A program made the position numbers and the translations under genes. DNA of 63,343 nt, filler included, from Hausera hauseri (Eukaryota), in NCBI GenBank assembly GCA_046269625.1. It is 12 parts of 12 records of this genome, joined end to end, with 100 filler letters (N's around TTAATTAATTAA, not from the genome) between each part and the next. Parts side by side here need not be neighbours in the genome. Positions count along the whole stretch, not along the records: positions 41,869 to 49,812 come from JBJURY010857633.1; positions 49,913 to 54,056 come from JBJURY010736655.1; positions 54,157 to 59,140 come from JBJURY010370926.1; positions 59,241 to 63,343 come from JBJURY010760318.1; 8 more parts are not named here. The stretch is one strand, 5' to 3'. The notes beneath the pieces were generated by a model that had not been told where the DNA came from, ran no database searches, and saw only the letters and a program-made list of their open reading frames with translations. The first letter of the stretch is position 1. Each line of letters opens with the position of its first letter. Positions 49,211 to 61,941 of this stretch are shown here, piece by piece.

Positions 49211-49812
49211 TCGTTCCAATAACACATAGATTATTGTGTCCACTCAGCGGAAGCATTGTTTTCGACAGATGTAATCAACTGAAGTCTACAGACATCAAAT
49301 TTTCATCCTCCTTATTTATATAAACATTAAAAAACAAAGTTTAATATTTCGGGCAAAAGAAAATTTCTTTTATCATAAAATTGCCGTTTTGCTATTTCTG
49401 ATGTCATGTCTAAGTAGATAGATGTGAGCACACTGACACAACCCCCCTTCTGCGGAGAAAAAATATGTGGTTCGCAGATGAGTCATGGGGTATAAAAAAT
49501 TATACACACATACACAGTTAATAGGGCGGTGATAGGAGACACAGTTATGAAAGTGATGCACACAAGCACGCGTACTGCACGGATTTTATGTAGGTGTAAA
49601 ATTTTGAATTTCGCGCCAAAAATTTTTTTGTTTTAATTTTGGTTTTGGTGTAATGTGATTGGTTGATTTGGTTCAATTTTGTTAGTGAACAAAGTATTTT
49701 TTGATCTAATCATAGTTTCACTATTCCCACCCCTGAGAACAAAGCATCACAATTAGTCAAATATTAGATGCATATTAATTAAGTCTACAAAACATCAACA
49801 AAGCACAATTAG

Positions 49813-49912
49813 NNNNNNNNNNNNNNNNNNNNNNNNNNNNNNNNNNNNNNNNNNNNTTAATTAATTAANNNNNNNNNNNNNNNNNNNNNNNNNNNNNNNN
49901 NNNNNNNNNNNN
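49813..49912. other. Artificial contig-joining linker
   Basis: 44 N + TTAATTAATTAA + 44 N. Confidence 0.97.
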
Positions 49913-50279
49913 GCCCGCCCGCCTTGTTCCAGCCTTTACCCTATATAAAACACCACTAGAGTTTTTTCTTCTTTGCGCTATATAAATGCCAGCCGGTTTA
50001 CCTATAGCACCCCTACCCCTTGCCGACCACGCAACCCGCCCGGTAACCCCCAGTCCCCATCGTGACCCGATGACCTCGAGTCCGCCCGCCTTGCACCAGG
50101 GTTTTTTGCCCTATAGAAAGGCCGACCACATAACCGGGACCGATTATCTGCCCTTACTTTATATCGATCGGCCAAGCTTGCAGGAGCTTGCAGGATAATA
50201 TAGCTTATATAAGCAATCCTGCAAGGAAAGTATACCTATTAGCAACACCCCTTACTACTAACGTGAGTCCTGAATTAAC

Positions 50280-50520
50280 ATTTAGAAAGGTTTTAATTTT
50301 TGGAAGTTGATATAGCTTTTGGGATAGTTTCCTGGCGAGTGAGTTAACATGAAGTTTCCAACTTAATGATTGATCTGTAGTTACACCTCTTAAAGAGTGT
50401 TCTGAAACTTGAGCAATAGCTGAACCTTCCAATGTTATTTGCAGCTGTTGTGTTTGACAGCTTTGAAGTTTCTCACGTGTACTGATAATTATAGATTTAG
50501 TCTTATTGGGATTTATTGAC
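50280..50520 (-). mobile_element. CR1/L2-like LINE RT C-terminal fragment
   Basis: INPNKTKSIII...IAQVSEHSLRGVTTDQSLSWKLHVNSLARKLSQKLYQL. Confidence 0.7.
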
Positions 50521-51139
50521 CTTTTGTTCTCTATGGCAGAGATTTCGCTCCCAGGGTTATCAATGTCAACTTATGATTCCTACAGCATAAAAACAAAGAA
50601 GAACAAAATAGAAATATGTCAACAAATGCTAGGGATGGTGTTGCGCATGAAGATCACTTCAGTATGTTCTGTACGACGAGCCACTTTCTAAATACAGCGC
50701 CGGCTTGCGTTGATTAAAAATTGTTTTATAATCGACTTTTAGCTTTAGTCTCAAATTATTCGCCCTTCTCATTGAGGTTTACAGTAACGCCTGTTCACGT
50801 GCGCCATACAATGACTAGTTTTATTTTAGGCAATAGGATTACTCGTTCATACTGTAAATATTGTACAATTCTGAATTAATTTACTTATGCGTGGGCGTAT
50901 GTGTAATATTAGGGTTGGCTTTTGGAATTTTGGGAGCCCCGGAGACACGTAACATTGCGTATTTATTATGGAAACTAAAGTGTTTGTAATTTGTATGACA
51001 ACTGAACCCGTTAATGTCGCATACGTTTCTTTTGGATGTAGAAGGTCTGTTGCAGTCCTAAGAAGGACCGTGGAGGAGGGCAGCTGAGCTTTCCTGCTGT
51101 CCCGGTGAGAAGTGTATAAGCGAGGAAACAGGTATAATC

Positions 51140-52460
51140 CTCATGGTGGCGTTGGTGGCGTTAATATAGTGAAAATAAGAAAAAAACTATGGTGGCGTTA
51201 ATATAGCGCAAAGAAGAAAAACTCTGGTGGCGTTTCTATAGCGCAAAGAAGAAAAAACTTGGTGGCGTGTTCATCGGTATAACGAGGGACCAGAGGAGCT
51301 TGTTGGAGACGTAAAGAAGAAAAAAGGGGGAGCATGGGGGCACAAACCTGGAGCAAGATGGCGGGATAAAGGGGAGCATGGGAGCTTTGAGCAGCAGGCC
51401 TATAGCTCATCATCATTAACGCCCTAGACCTTCCGACGCTGTATGAGCTTTGAGTTGCAAACCGAGCGGTGGATCGTGATCAAGACCTTACAAAGCTGTA
51501 GGTGGAAAGTAGTGGTGGATCATCATCATTAGTGACCGAGACCTACCAAAGCTGTAGGAATATGAAAGGGGCCAGTGTCCATCATCATTAGGGCCCAAGA
51601 CCTTCCAACGTTGTAGGAGCTTTGAAAGGGGCCGAGCGGTGGATCATCATGAGTGCTCAAGACCGTCCGATGCTGTAAGAGCTTTGAGCGGCCGAGCGGC
51701 GAATCATCATCATTAGTGACCGAGACCTTCTGATGAAGGTGTATAGGAGCAGAGGAGCTTGTTGGAGACTATAACGTAAAGAAGAAAAAAGGGGGAGCAT
51801 TGGAGACCAAGTCTGGAGCAAGATGGCGGCAGTCTTGTCATGATCCACAGTCATCGAGCGTCAGCTCTTATTGAGATGGCGGCAGTAAAGGGTTGATAAG
51901 CAATGTAATGGGAGCATGGGAGCAGAGGAGCTTGGCGGTTTATATAGCGTAAAGAAGAAAAATGAGGGAGCAAGGGGACCAAGCCTGGACCAAGATGGTG
52001 GGTTAAAGGGGGTTCATATTCGATGTAACGTCATCAGTGAGCTAATCATTAGCACCATGTGCCGTGTCATATAAGGGTTTAGTGAACGGGTCTTTCCAAA
52101 ACTTTTAAGAGACATATTCAATAACAGCAAATGTCATATAGGGTTTTAAGACTATTTGTGACCGAGACTTTCATCATCATGCGGTAAGGCTTTAGTGATC
52201 ATCTATCATCATCATGTGCTGTATAGGCCTTCCAACAATTCTATTTTGGATGTGTGAGATAACTAAGTCTGGTGGGTGGAGGCGGGTTCCTTCTTAGGAT
52301 CAGCAATAGGGGGCTGCGGATCATCATTATGGCCTACGACCCTCCAATACCTCCATGAGATAATATAGCTTCTATAAGGAAATGTTGATTAGGGCACGCA
52401 TAGGGCGTATTGGTTCTTCTAAATCTGAGCGGCAAGCCATCTATAGATAGTAATCCCAAG
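51140..52460. repeat. Modular imperfect repeat region (ggtggcg..atagcg.aaagaagaaaa and ggatcatcat..gacc modules)
   Basis: Multiple visible copies; an inverted copy lies at about 49930-49995; 51290-51365 is repeated at about 51750-51830. Confidence 0.7.
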
Positions 52461-53096
52461 ACCTTAAGTGAGCGTATTTCATCATCATCATAAAATAGCA
52501 AACTAAAGATATGAGGACACCGAAATTACAACATAACACCGTTTTTTACTTTACAATTTTTATTTGCATTAGTACATAGGAGAAAAATGTTCTAATTTTA
52601 GTCTTTTGCTTGGTCTTTTTCGAAGGTTGATCAAAGGTATGTACTGAACAGAGGAGGAGGATGTTGCCGTTTCAATGTTCAAATCTGTAGTAATATTGGA
52701 CTTGGTACTTGTTTCCGGGATGTACGATTCGTTGCTTTCATTGTTCTTTTTCGAGGAGCTCTCAATTGTAGGGGCTCGGGTTCGTCTTTGCTTGATAACT
52801 TTTCATCAGACGTTGCGCAGAGCGATCAAACGACGAAACAAAGTTCTGAAAGTAAGGGTTCGATGGGCTTTGTGTAGTTTCGTCAAAGTTCTGTAACGGG
52901 TAGGGTTCTCTGGAAGTTTCAAGCAACACCTTAATAGTCTGTAAAGGTTTGGTTTCCATGGCTGCGTCGGTTAAACGGTTTTCGTACTGGAACATCCTTT
53001 GGCTCTGTCATTAGGTATTTGAAGGCAGATAAAACATCACTTTGGAAGGCGACAAGTTGTTCAAATTCTTCGTATGTGAGCGAGAGACATCCAGCA

Positions 53097-54056
53097 ACCT
53101 TAAGAAATGCAACCTTAAAAGAAAATATGTCCATTCCATGACCAGACTTGCTCTCATAAACATGAAACAGATGACCTAAACCACCTCCAGCATCCTTCCA
53201 TGACCCGTCTTGCGCCCATAACCATGCCCAACAGCATCCTTCCATGTCCAAATTTGGTCCCATACGCATGAAGATGACCTAAACCACTTCCAGTACCCTT
53301 AAGAAATGCTACTTTAACAGAAAATTCTCCTCTTCCATGTCCCGACTTGCTCTCAAAGACATCCTCAAACGTGATGAAGACGAAGTAAACCACCGCCAGC
53401 ACCATTAAGAAACGCGACCATAGCAGAAAATATCACCCTTCCATGATCCGACGTGCCCCTAAACATGAAGAAGACGCTATAAACCACCACCGTGCTCTTA
53501 AGAAACACGACTTTAACAGAAAATTTTCCTCTTCCATGACCCAACTTGCTCCCAAAGATATACTAAAGCCTGATGAAGACGACCTAAACCACCGCCAGCA
53601 CCCTTAAGATACCCAACATGCCCCTTCCATGACGCGCCTTGCTCCCATAAACATGAAGAAGACGACCAGCACCTTTAATATCCACCATGCCCCTTCCATG
53701 TCCCGTCTTGCTCCCAAAGACATGCTCAATCGTGATGAAGACGACCTAAACCTCGGCCAGCACCCTTAAGAAACGCGAATTTACTAGAAAATATGACCCT
53801 TCCATGACACAAAAGGCTCCCATATACATGTAGAAGATGACCTAAACCGTTTCCAATACCCTTAAGAAATGCGACTTTAATAGAAAATATCCCCCTTCCA
53901 TGACCAACTTGCTCTCATATACATGAAGAAGACGACATAAATCACCACCAGCACACTTAAGATATCCAACCTAACCAGAAAATATCCCCCTTCCATGACC
54001 AACTTGCTCCCATATACATGAAGAAGATGACCTAAACCACTTCCATTACCCTTAAG
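53097..54056. repeat. Degenerate tandem repeat, about 95-105 bp unit, about 10 copies
   Basis: Recurring cttaagaaa..gactttaa..agaaaat..ccttccatgacc..ttgctccc..catgaagaagacgacctaaaccac. Confidence 0.85.
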
Positions 54057-54156
54057 NNNNNNNNNNNNNNNNNNNNNNNNNNNNNNNNNNNNNNNNNNNN
54101 TTAATTAATTAANNNNNNNNNNNNNNNNNNNNNNNNNNNNNNNNNNNNNNNNNNNN
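54057..54156. other. Artificial contig-joining linker
   Basis: 44 N + TTAATTAATTAA + 44 N. Confidence 0.97.
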
Positions 54157-54715
54157 CAGCTATGCGAAGAGATTGGAAGACAGCGAGGCGATCATCAGGT
54201 CCTTGAGAGACAGGAATGTCGAGCTCGAGGATAGATTGGTGGAGGTTGAGCAGTACTCGCGAGTCAACTGTCTTGAAATCCATGGTGTGCCTTATTCGCC
54301 GACAGAGGACACTGAGGATATTGTTGTTTCGGTGGGCAGTGCACTTGGTACTGTAATCGATAGGATGTCGATAGAGGCGTCACATCGGCTGAAGAATGCT
54401 CGCAATGTTAATGGACCGTTTCCCATAATTGTTAAATTCACTAAGAGGAGCATTAAAGAAGACTTATTGAAGAGGAGAAGAATAAAACGGGATTTTTCAA
54501 CCCGGAACATGAATCTTCAAACCGATGTTCCAGTTTATTTGAATGAGTCGCTATGTCAGGCGCGCATGAGGGCTTTTGCTGCAGCAAGACAGGTGAAGAG
54601 GGAGAAGGATTACAAGTATTTATGAACTAGGGGTGGAAGGATTTTTTTGCGAAAGACGGATGGTGCACCAGTGAGGATCATAAGAAGTATCAGAGACGTT
54701 AATGAGTTAAACTAA
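54157..54715 (+). CDS. LINE ORF1 C-terminal part (coiled coil, RRM, CTD; L1/FP-like) with one TGA at 54623
   Basis: EQYSRVNCLEIHGVP, SHRL, PIIVKF, VYLNESL, YKYL*TRGGRIFLRK. Confidence 0.88.
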
Positions 54716-55126
54716 TGTGGACATGCTTCATTGCTTCATTCAGGGTTACCGATGCATCTTTAGAATTTTCTAATGCTTATCTAATCAATATACTGTTCAC
54801 TTTGATTCTTTGGGGTTTTTTTGTGCAACAATTTGAAACTGTTTTTCATTTACTTAATCTGTTAATTGGACTCATATTTAGCTATAATTTTTATGTTATT
54901 CTATTTAGTCAATTAAGATTATTGTTAATTATATCCTTTATTCTTGTTTTTCTTGGTTTTGGAGGTTCTTTGCTGCGGTCTGTTAATGGTTATTTCTGTT
55001 TATGGATCTTTTTGATGTTGAGCTACATTTATATGTATCTGTTTGCTTGCCTTTCATATGTCATTCACTTGCAGCTTCATTTCATTATTTGGTCAATTTC
55101 TTTGTCAAATGGTTGTTCTCTTTATC

Positions 55127-58095
55127 ATGAATAGAACTAGGATTTTGGACTCTGTTGAGGATTTTAATATCTTTTTTCATAATGCCCCCGATTTACTCTT
55201 ATATTGTCAGAATATAAGAAGTATTTACTCGAACTTTGATGTGTTCCTAACTTATATAAATGAACTTAAAGTCAAACCAAAAATTATTGTCCTTACTGAA
55301 GCTTGGTTGGGTGATGTTGATGAGGTGTCTCTTTTTAGTATTGAAGGATACTCGGCCTTCGGGGTTTGTAATAGCTCGGTTTCAAGGGCGAGTGGCATTG
55401 TGGCTTACCTGCACAGCTCCATCATTGCTAGACAATTGAACTGCACAATCACCAAGTGTGATGTGGTACTTATTGAGTGCACTTACAGTGGTTATTCTTT
55501 TTATTTATTGGGAGTTTATAGATTGCATGCTGGTAACCGTAACTTCTTTGTTGATGAATTAAGAAATGTTCTTATTAATCTAAAAAACAAGGATCTTTAT
55601 TCCGTAGGGGATTTCAACTTAGATTTGAATGTCATGGATAGTTGCATTGATGAGTACATGAATTGTCTAAGCAGCTTTGGTTTGGACCAACTGATTGATG
55701 TGGACACACGAATAGCTGGTACTTCAGCTTCATGCATCGATCATTTGTTTTATCGCTCTGCATCCAGGGTTATTAATAAAGTGGCTGTAGTCGATAACTT
55801 CATTACAGACCACCGTGCTGTTGCTTGCCTTTTGCCTGTTCCTCTCTGTAAGAATGGCTTATACGTGAAAGAATCTTTCAAAATTAATCATAGGATTTTG
55901 ACTGCTAGGTTTAAATCCCAAAATTGGGATCACATCTTCTCTGAAGAGGACACAAATCAGGCGTTTGATAATTTCTATCAAATAGTAAACGACCTTATAG
56001 ACAAATCTTCTGTTAAATTTAAGTATAAACCCAATTTGAAGCTTTTAAGACCTTGGATGACTCCAGGTTTGTCAAATAGCCTTGCCCTACGTGATAAACT
56101 TTTTAAAATCTGTAAAAATAATCCGAATGATGTATCAGCTAATAATAAATTTAAGATTTTAAAGAATAAAATAAAATTATGGGTAAGGGAAGCCAAATTA
56201 AAGTATTATTCGAGGCAACTGCAATTTCATGGTAAAGATTCCAAAGGGAGGTGGGATGTGCTTAACTCTTTACTATCTAATAGAAGTGTTAAATCTCGGG
56301 ATATATTTTTAAAACATAACAATGATATAGTATTTAACACAAAATCTATCACTGAAATTTTCAATAATTATTTTATACAGATCCCTGATAGCATTACTAA
56401 CCGACATTCCATTTTTTCGTATAATATAATACAAAATTACCATCAATGTTTCAAGAGCTTTAAAAATAATAAAACAATTTTTTTACCCCGGTCTCATCTG
56501 CGGAACTGTTTCGTTTAGTCAAATCCATGTCCCAACATAAAAGCTCTGGTTGTGATAAATTAACTTCTAAAATTTTAATAGACTATTGCGATTTTATAGT
56601 TCCTGTTTTAGTTTACTTATTCAATTTATCTATGTCAACAGGTATTTTCCCTACTGTGCTAAAAACAGCTACAGTGGTCCCTATTTTTAAAAAGGGTGAT
56701 AGGTGTTGCAAAGAAAATTATAGACCTGTCTCCTTGTTGCCAGCTTTGTCTAAGCTTTTAGAAAGAGTTATTAAAAGTAGATTAATTGATTTTCTTGATA
56801 AATGTAACTTTTTTTATAATGGTCAGTTTGGTTTTCGAAATAATTTAAACACTGAGATTGCTCTTCAGCACTTTTTGCAGAATATTTATTTAGGACTAAA
56901 TAATTATTGTGGTGGCAGAGCGGCCGGACTCTTTATTGATATAAGCAAGGCCTTTGACACAGTGGATCACTCTATTCTGATTGATAAGCTGGAGATGGCT
57001 GGTGTGAGAGGCCTTGCTCTAAAGTGGTTTCATTCATTTTTGACCGGTAGGGAGCAGTTTGTTAGGGTTAAGGATGTTAGAAGTGGGTTGCTTGATATCT
57101 CATGTGGGGTACCTCAAGGATCCGTCCTTGGTCCGATTTTGTTCTTAATTTTTATTAATGATCTCTTTAGTAGTAAATTTTATGGTCACATCACAGCATT
57201 CGCAGATGACATAGCTTTTTCATACAAATTAACAGAAATTACTGAACTAAAAAATTATTTACAGAGTGATCTTAACAAGATAGCTCTGTGGTTCACCATC
57301 AATAAATTGAAAATTAATGAATCTAAATCTAATTTCATGATTTTTAGCCTTTTTGGGGACCACGCACTTTGTGGTCCTTTGTATCTGCATTCTGTTTGCT
57401 GCCTGCGGACTGGTTGCAGCTGCCCTCTAATTAGGCAAGTTTCGTCGTATAAGTATCTGGGGGTTATTCTGGACGAGCATTTGAATTGGAAGCTTCATGT
57501 TCAACATATCACTAATTCACTTAGAATCTCCTTGCGCGTTTTGTACCAACTGAAACTTTTTTGCAATAGTCACATCTTAAAAGAAGTATACTTCTCGTTT
57601 GTGCACTCGAAAATTGATTATGGCATCTCTTGTTGGGGTAGTTCTTACTATACAAATATAGACCCAGTCATTAAATTACAAAAACATTTTATTAGACTTG
57701 TTGCACACAGCAACCGATCTGACCATTCATTTCCGCTATTCAGCCTCTATAGGGTACTTCCGGTTAGGCACATGTATGTTTTTAAAGTACTTAGACTGTT
57801 CTACCAGATAAGTGGCAACAATGGAGTAATGATTGATTACCATGACTTTGCTTCATCTGCAAGGAATACTAGACAAACCGCTGGTCTGCATGTTCGAGGT
57901 TTCAGACCTGGTAGCGGACTCTTTACTAAGTCTTTCTTGTTTCTGGCACCTAAATTTTTTAACGGTTTGCCCAACAATATTAAACAATTGTTTATTGGTA
58001 CACAGAATAAGTTTATTTTGATGAGGATACTAAAGGCCTGGCTGTTTGAGTTTGACGATGATAGTATTGAGGAACTGTTTGCGGTGATGGGATAG
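55127..58095 (+). CDS. LINE ORF2: apurinic endonuclease plus reverse transcriptase, single frameshift in a T run at 56478-56484
   Basis: QNIRS, LTEAWL, GDFN, SCIDH, TDH (APE); NYRPVSLL, QFGFR, DISKAFDTVDH, GVPQGSVLGP, FADD, YLG (RT). Confidence 0.95.
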
Positions 58096-59070
58096 TGTCT
58101 ATTGTTATTTTAATTTGTCTGTTTCTAGGAATTATTTCTTTTTCTTTTTTCAGACTTTATGTGTTAGTTAATTTGATTATCTGTTTAGTTATTCTGAATT
58201 CTTTTTTTTTCTTTCTTTTTTGTTGTTTTTGCTGGCTTTTTTTCTCTGGTTTGGTATTGTTCTTTTTCATTTTTAACTTATATTCTTAATTGGTACTCCT
58301 TTCAGCGAGCTGGAGAGTTAGTTATCTCTCCATGCTGGAAGTATTTTTTTTTCTCTCTCTTTTTCACGTTCTAAAGCTTGTTCTTTTAATTATTTGCTTT
58401 TATTAGCTTGTTTATTTTTATGCAATATTGTATGTATATGTTTTGTATATATATTTTTTTTCTTTAAGAGAGAATAAAAATCATTATTATTATTATATAT
58501 AAAAATCAAATCAATATATATTATTAATATTATTGAATTTCGAAAAAAAAGGCAAAGACAATCAACATTGTCGAGACGGCCTATATGAAGTTATTAATAA
58601 TTTAAATTCAAGAACACAAGCCGTAGATAATCACATGCGGATGTGTCAGAAACGGGTCAACTCATGATAAATGAGAATCAGTTTTACAGAATGACGTTGG
58701 TGGGTGAGGTGTACTGTAAGACGTTTTATCACTGTCTGGTCATAGGTGTTGTAGAAATGATTAGTTTGGAGTCCGGGTCGGGGGATAGGGATGGGCGGAA
58801 TAGGATGTAGTCACCGGCTAGCCAGGGGCCCCTAAAAGATATGCTGAGTGGTGAGTCAGTGCTGAGTGGGAGTAGACAAGCGAAAAATAGTAGGCGTAAA
58901 AGTCGCTGCGAATAAACAGATTCTAATTGAAATCAACTCAAGTCGCAGGGGAGGGGTCCTCCTCAGTGCTACGGATTCCCTACACCAATGGAAATCCTCC
59001 AGAAGGCAGGGAAAATAAAGCATTTATGCATAAACTCGTATATTCTTGTGCCACGAAAACATGATCCTTT

Positions 59071-59140
59071 TCATCATCATCAGGTGCTGTGCAGCGAAGC
59101 GTAGGCTGTCATGGATCTCCACCTCTCGCGATTCCTGGTA
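59071..59140 (-). mobile_element. 3' terminus of an RTE-clade LINE
   Basis: TRNRERWRSMTAYASLHST* followed by a (TGA)n tail. Confidence 0.6.
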
Positions 59141-59240
59141 NNNNNNNNNNNNNNNNNNNNNNNNNNNNNNNNNNNNNNNNNNNNTTAATTAATTAANNNN
59201 NNNNNNNNNNNNNNNNNNNNNNNNNNNNNNNNNNNNNNNN
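59141..59240. other. Artificial contig-joining linker
   Basis: 44 N + TTAATTAATTAA + 44 N. Confidence 0.97.
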
Positions 59241-60305
59241 GTGTTTCAATAGAGCTAAATCTCGTTAAGATATATGGAAAATTATTTTATTCAGCATGGA
59301 TCACAAAAATTCTCTAAAAAAAACTTAGAAAAATTATTTTGGTGGAGGATATTGAACAAGTGTATAAAATTTGTTAATGATAATTGCAGGTGGCTTGTAA
59401 ACTATACCATTCAATAAAGATCGTCAATATACATGAAACAAAAATCTGTAAGACTTATTTTTATAAAAATCCTAACTAGTTGTAATGTAATGTCCTCGGT
59501 AAGAAAAATGAGACGATACCTGACTGTAATCAATAACGATTCCAAAGTTTTAATGTGATTGCAGCAATGAAACAAATTTCTTACTGATTTTTTTATTTCC
59601 TTATTAACTAGGAAGTTATATTTAATCAAAATTGTTTACATTTGTAAACAATGCAAATATGTACATTTTTCAATCACTCTTCATTATTTATCATTTCAAT
59701 AACGAAAAAACATCATTAACTGGATTTAACTTGAATATGAAAAGTTTCGAATTAAATCCTCGTTTCAAATAATGAACTTCAATAGTTTATCTTGATTAAC
59801 AAATTCAATTAATTTTAATAAATTTCAAGTTGTACGAATCGCACACTAAAATTTATTTTTTTACAAATTATTTTACATATTGTATTATGATAGTTTTATG
59901 TATCTTTAGTGTTTGTCTGTGTGTATAGAAATAAAATTGAATTTACCAGTTCACAAACTAATGCGTAATAAAGTTGATATCGTATATCACGGATTTGTTT
60001 AACCATAAATAATTATAAACATTTGTCATCGTTTTACCACATCAATTTTCATTAACTTGTTACGATGTTTCAAACGGATACTGAAGTGGTTATAACTTCG
60101 ATGGAAATACTAAGATACCCTACTATATAATATGTAATATGGATTCAATTATGTTTTACGCAGAACTAACAGCAATTGCGGTTACGTAATATCGTGTTTG
60201 TCCGGATATTACATATTGTTATCTGTTTTGTGTGGAATAATTTTATCGTTTAAAGTTGTTTAAACAAACGAAAATATTCAATTATTGGAAGATTTTTTGT
60301 GAATT

Positions 60306-61941
60306 ATGGCATGTTTTCGAGGTAAAATTGTGGGAATTTTGTTTATTTAAGAATTAACATTGAAGGTAATTTATGCATTATTGTGTTGGTTCTGTGTGGG
60401 TTGGTTCTATCCGACGATGATCTGTCCGTTCATTTCGACAAGGGATTTCCCATAAAGAAAAATGATGATTTGGTAATTGCAATGAAACATGACGGAACAC
60501 CATTTCATAAGTATAGCTTTGTGGTGTTTGTTGTGGTGGATGGCGAGAAAATTAAAAATTATATTTACGATTATCCGGGGTTAAATCGAAGAAGAAGCTA
60601 CCCAATTGGGAATAGTCAGATAAAATTAAAATCTTTCGTCGTTGATAGCAAAAATGACATCCGGGCTGTTCTTTGGTTGGCGGATTCTCTTCGTAATTGC
60701 CGATTGGACATTTTCTATGTCCCGACTAGTAATGATAAAATGGATATTGGGGCAATGACGAATCCGTTAGACTATCCACAGTACCGCATTGCTTCTGCCA
60801 TAATCCACATCGTTGTTCCTTGGAAATTGAATTTGGTTCAAAAGACGATTTACGGTATTGACGGAGGAATTCTAGCAGGACAGCAGGGGTTCATTGAGTG
60901 CACGGCAACCGACGGTGAAGGCAATCATCGCGTGCAGATTGTTGGACTTGACAGTCTAAAGGTCGTTGATGAACAATTTGACGAACAGGCCAATCGGGTT
61001 ACTGCCAAAGTAGAAGGACGCATTGAAGACCACAATCGAGTGATTGGTTGTCGAATTTCCAGTGAGATCATACTGGATAAATTGCGGGTGTTCCGTTAGT
61101 TTTTGGACTAATTTCTTGCTGTCGAATACTGCGTGTAGATAACCCCAGTTCTGTGGAAATTACGCCCGTTGTTAGCGATTATGTCAGCAAAAACTCAACA
61201 TTGCACTGCAGACCGATTGGTGGCTATCCTGAACCAATAGCCCAGTGTAAATTCATCAGCGGACCGGCTGGTGCCGCAGAATATTTCCAAATTGATCAGG
61301 AGGGGGCGTTGCAATTTGTTGACAAAGTACCAGAGGGAACAAAATGGAGTTTCACATGTTCAGGAATGAATGGAGTATCGTATTCAATTGACAATGGACC
61401 AATTCAGAAGATTGACTTTTCGATTGGTGGTAAGTCATTTTGTATAGCGTAATTTAGGGTTATTTGTGTGTATATAAGAGATTTGTGATAATGAACGACT
61501 GGCAATAATTGTAAATAAATTTTACGTACTGCTGACAAATAATGAATAGAATAAAGTATTTTCTTCAATTGTTTTTATCCATGTTGCATCATAATTCACG
61601 ATTTCAATGTTGATAAAATTACAATACGAATATTGTGCAATTCTTTATCTCTATTTTCATTCCAGTTGAACCAATATCGACATTAGTCATTGCTGCATGC
61701 GTATTTGCCGGCATATTTTTTTGTGGCCACCATCGTCGTAATCGTTTTCATGGTTCGTCGACAATGCAAACGTGTCATCAATCTTGATGAGACATTTCAG
61801 AATGAACAAACAAAATGTACGACAATTATTTGCCGTGATGTACGTTTTAATGATTCATTGATTTTTCATTTGTTATAATTTCAATAGGATAATGATAAAT
61901 TCATAGGGAAATTCGAATTGTCCCATATCGATACCGTGTGA
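60306..61941 (+). CDS. Spliced type-I membrane protein with Ig-like domains; exons 60306-60321, 60366-61094, 61139-61429, 61666-61839, 61888-61941
   Basis: GT-AG introns of 44, 44, 236 and 48 nt join compatible frames; signal peptide MACFRGNLCIIVLVLCGLVLS; Ig-like C...C pairs (IECTAT..IGCRI; LHCRPIGGYPEP..FTCSGMN); TM segment interrupted by an extra T at 61716-61722. Confidence 0.75.

Larger units (their letters stand above)
54157..58496 (+). mobile_element. CR1/L2-group non-LTR retrotransposon, near complete (5' end cut by contig edge)
   Basis: ORF1 and ORF2 (APE + RT), T-rich 3' UTR, AATAAA (58473) followed by an (ATT)n tail. Confidence 0.92.

Noticed and set aside
53097-54056. CRISPR-like array
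   Set aside because: Whole units are degenerate copies with no unique spacers; eukaryotic context and no cas genes.
58095-58289. Hydrophobic ORF after LINE ORF2
   Set aside because: GTG start, short, and lies in the extremely T-rich 3' UTR; compositional artefact.
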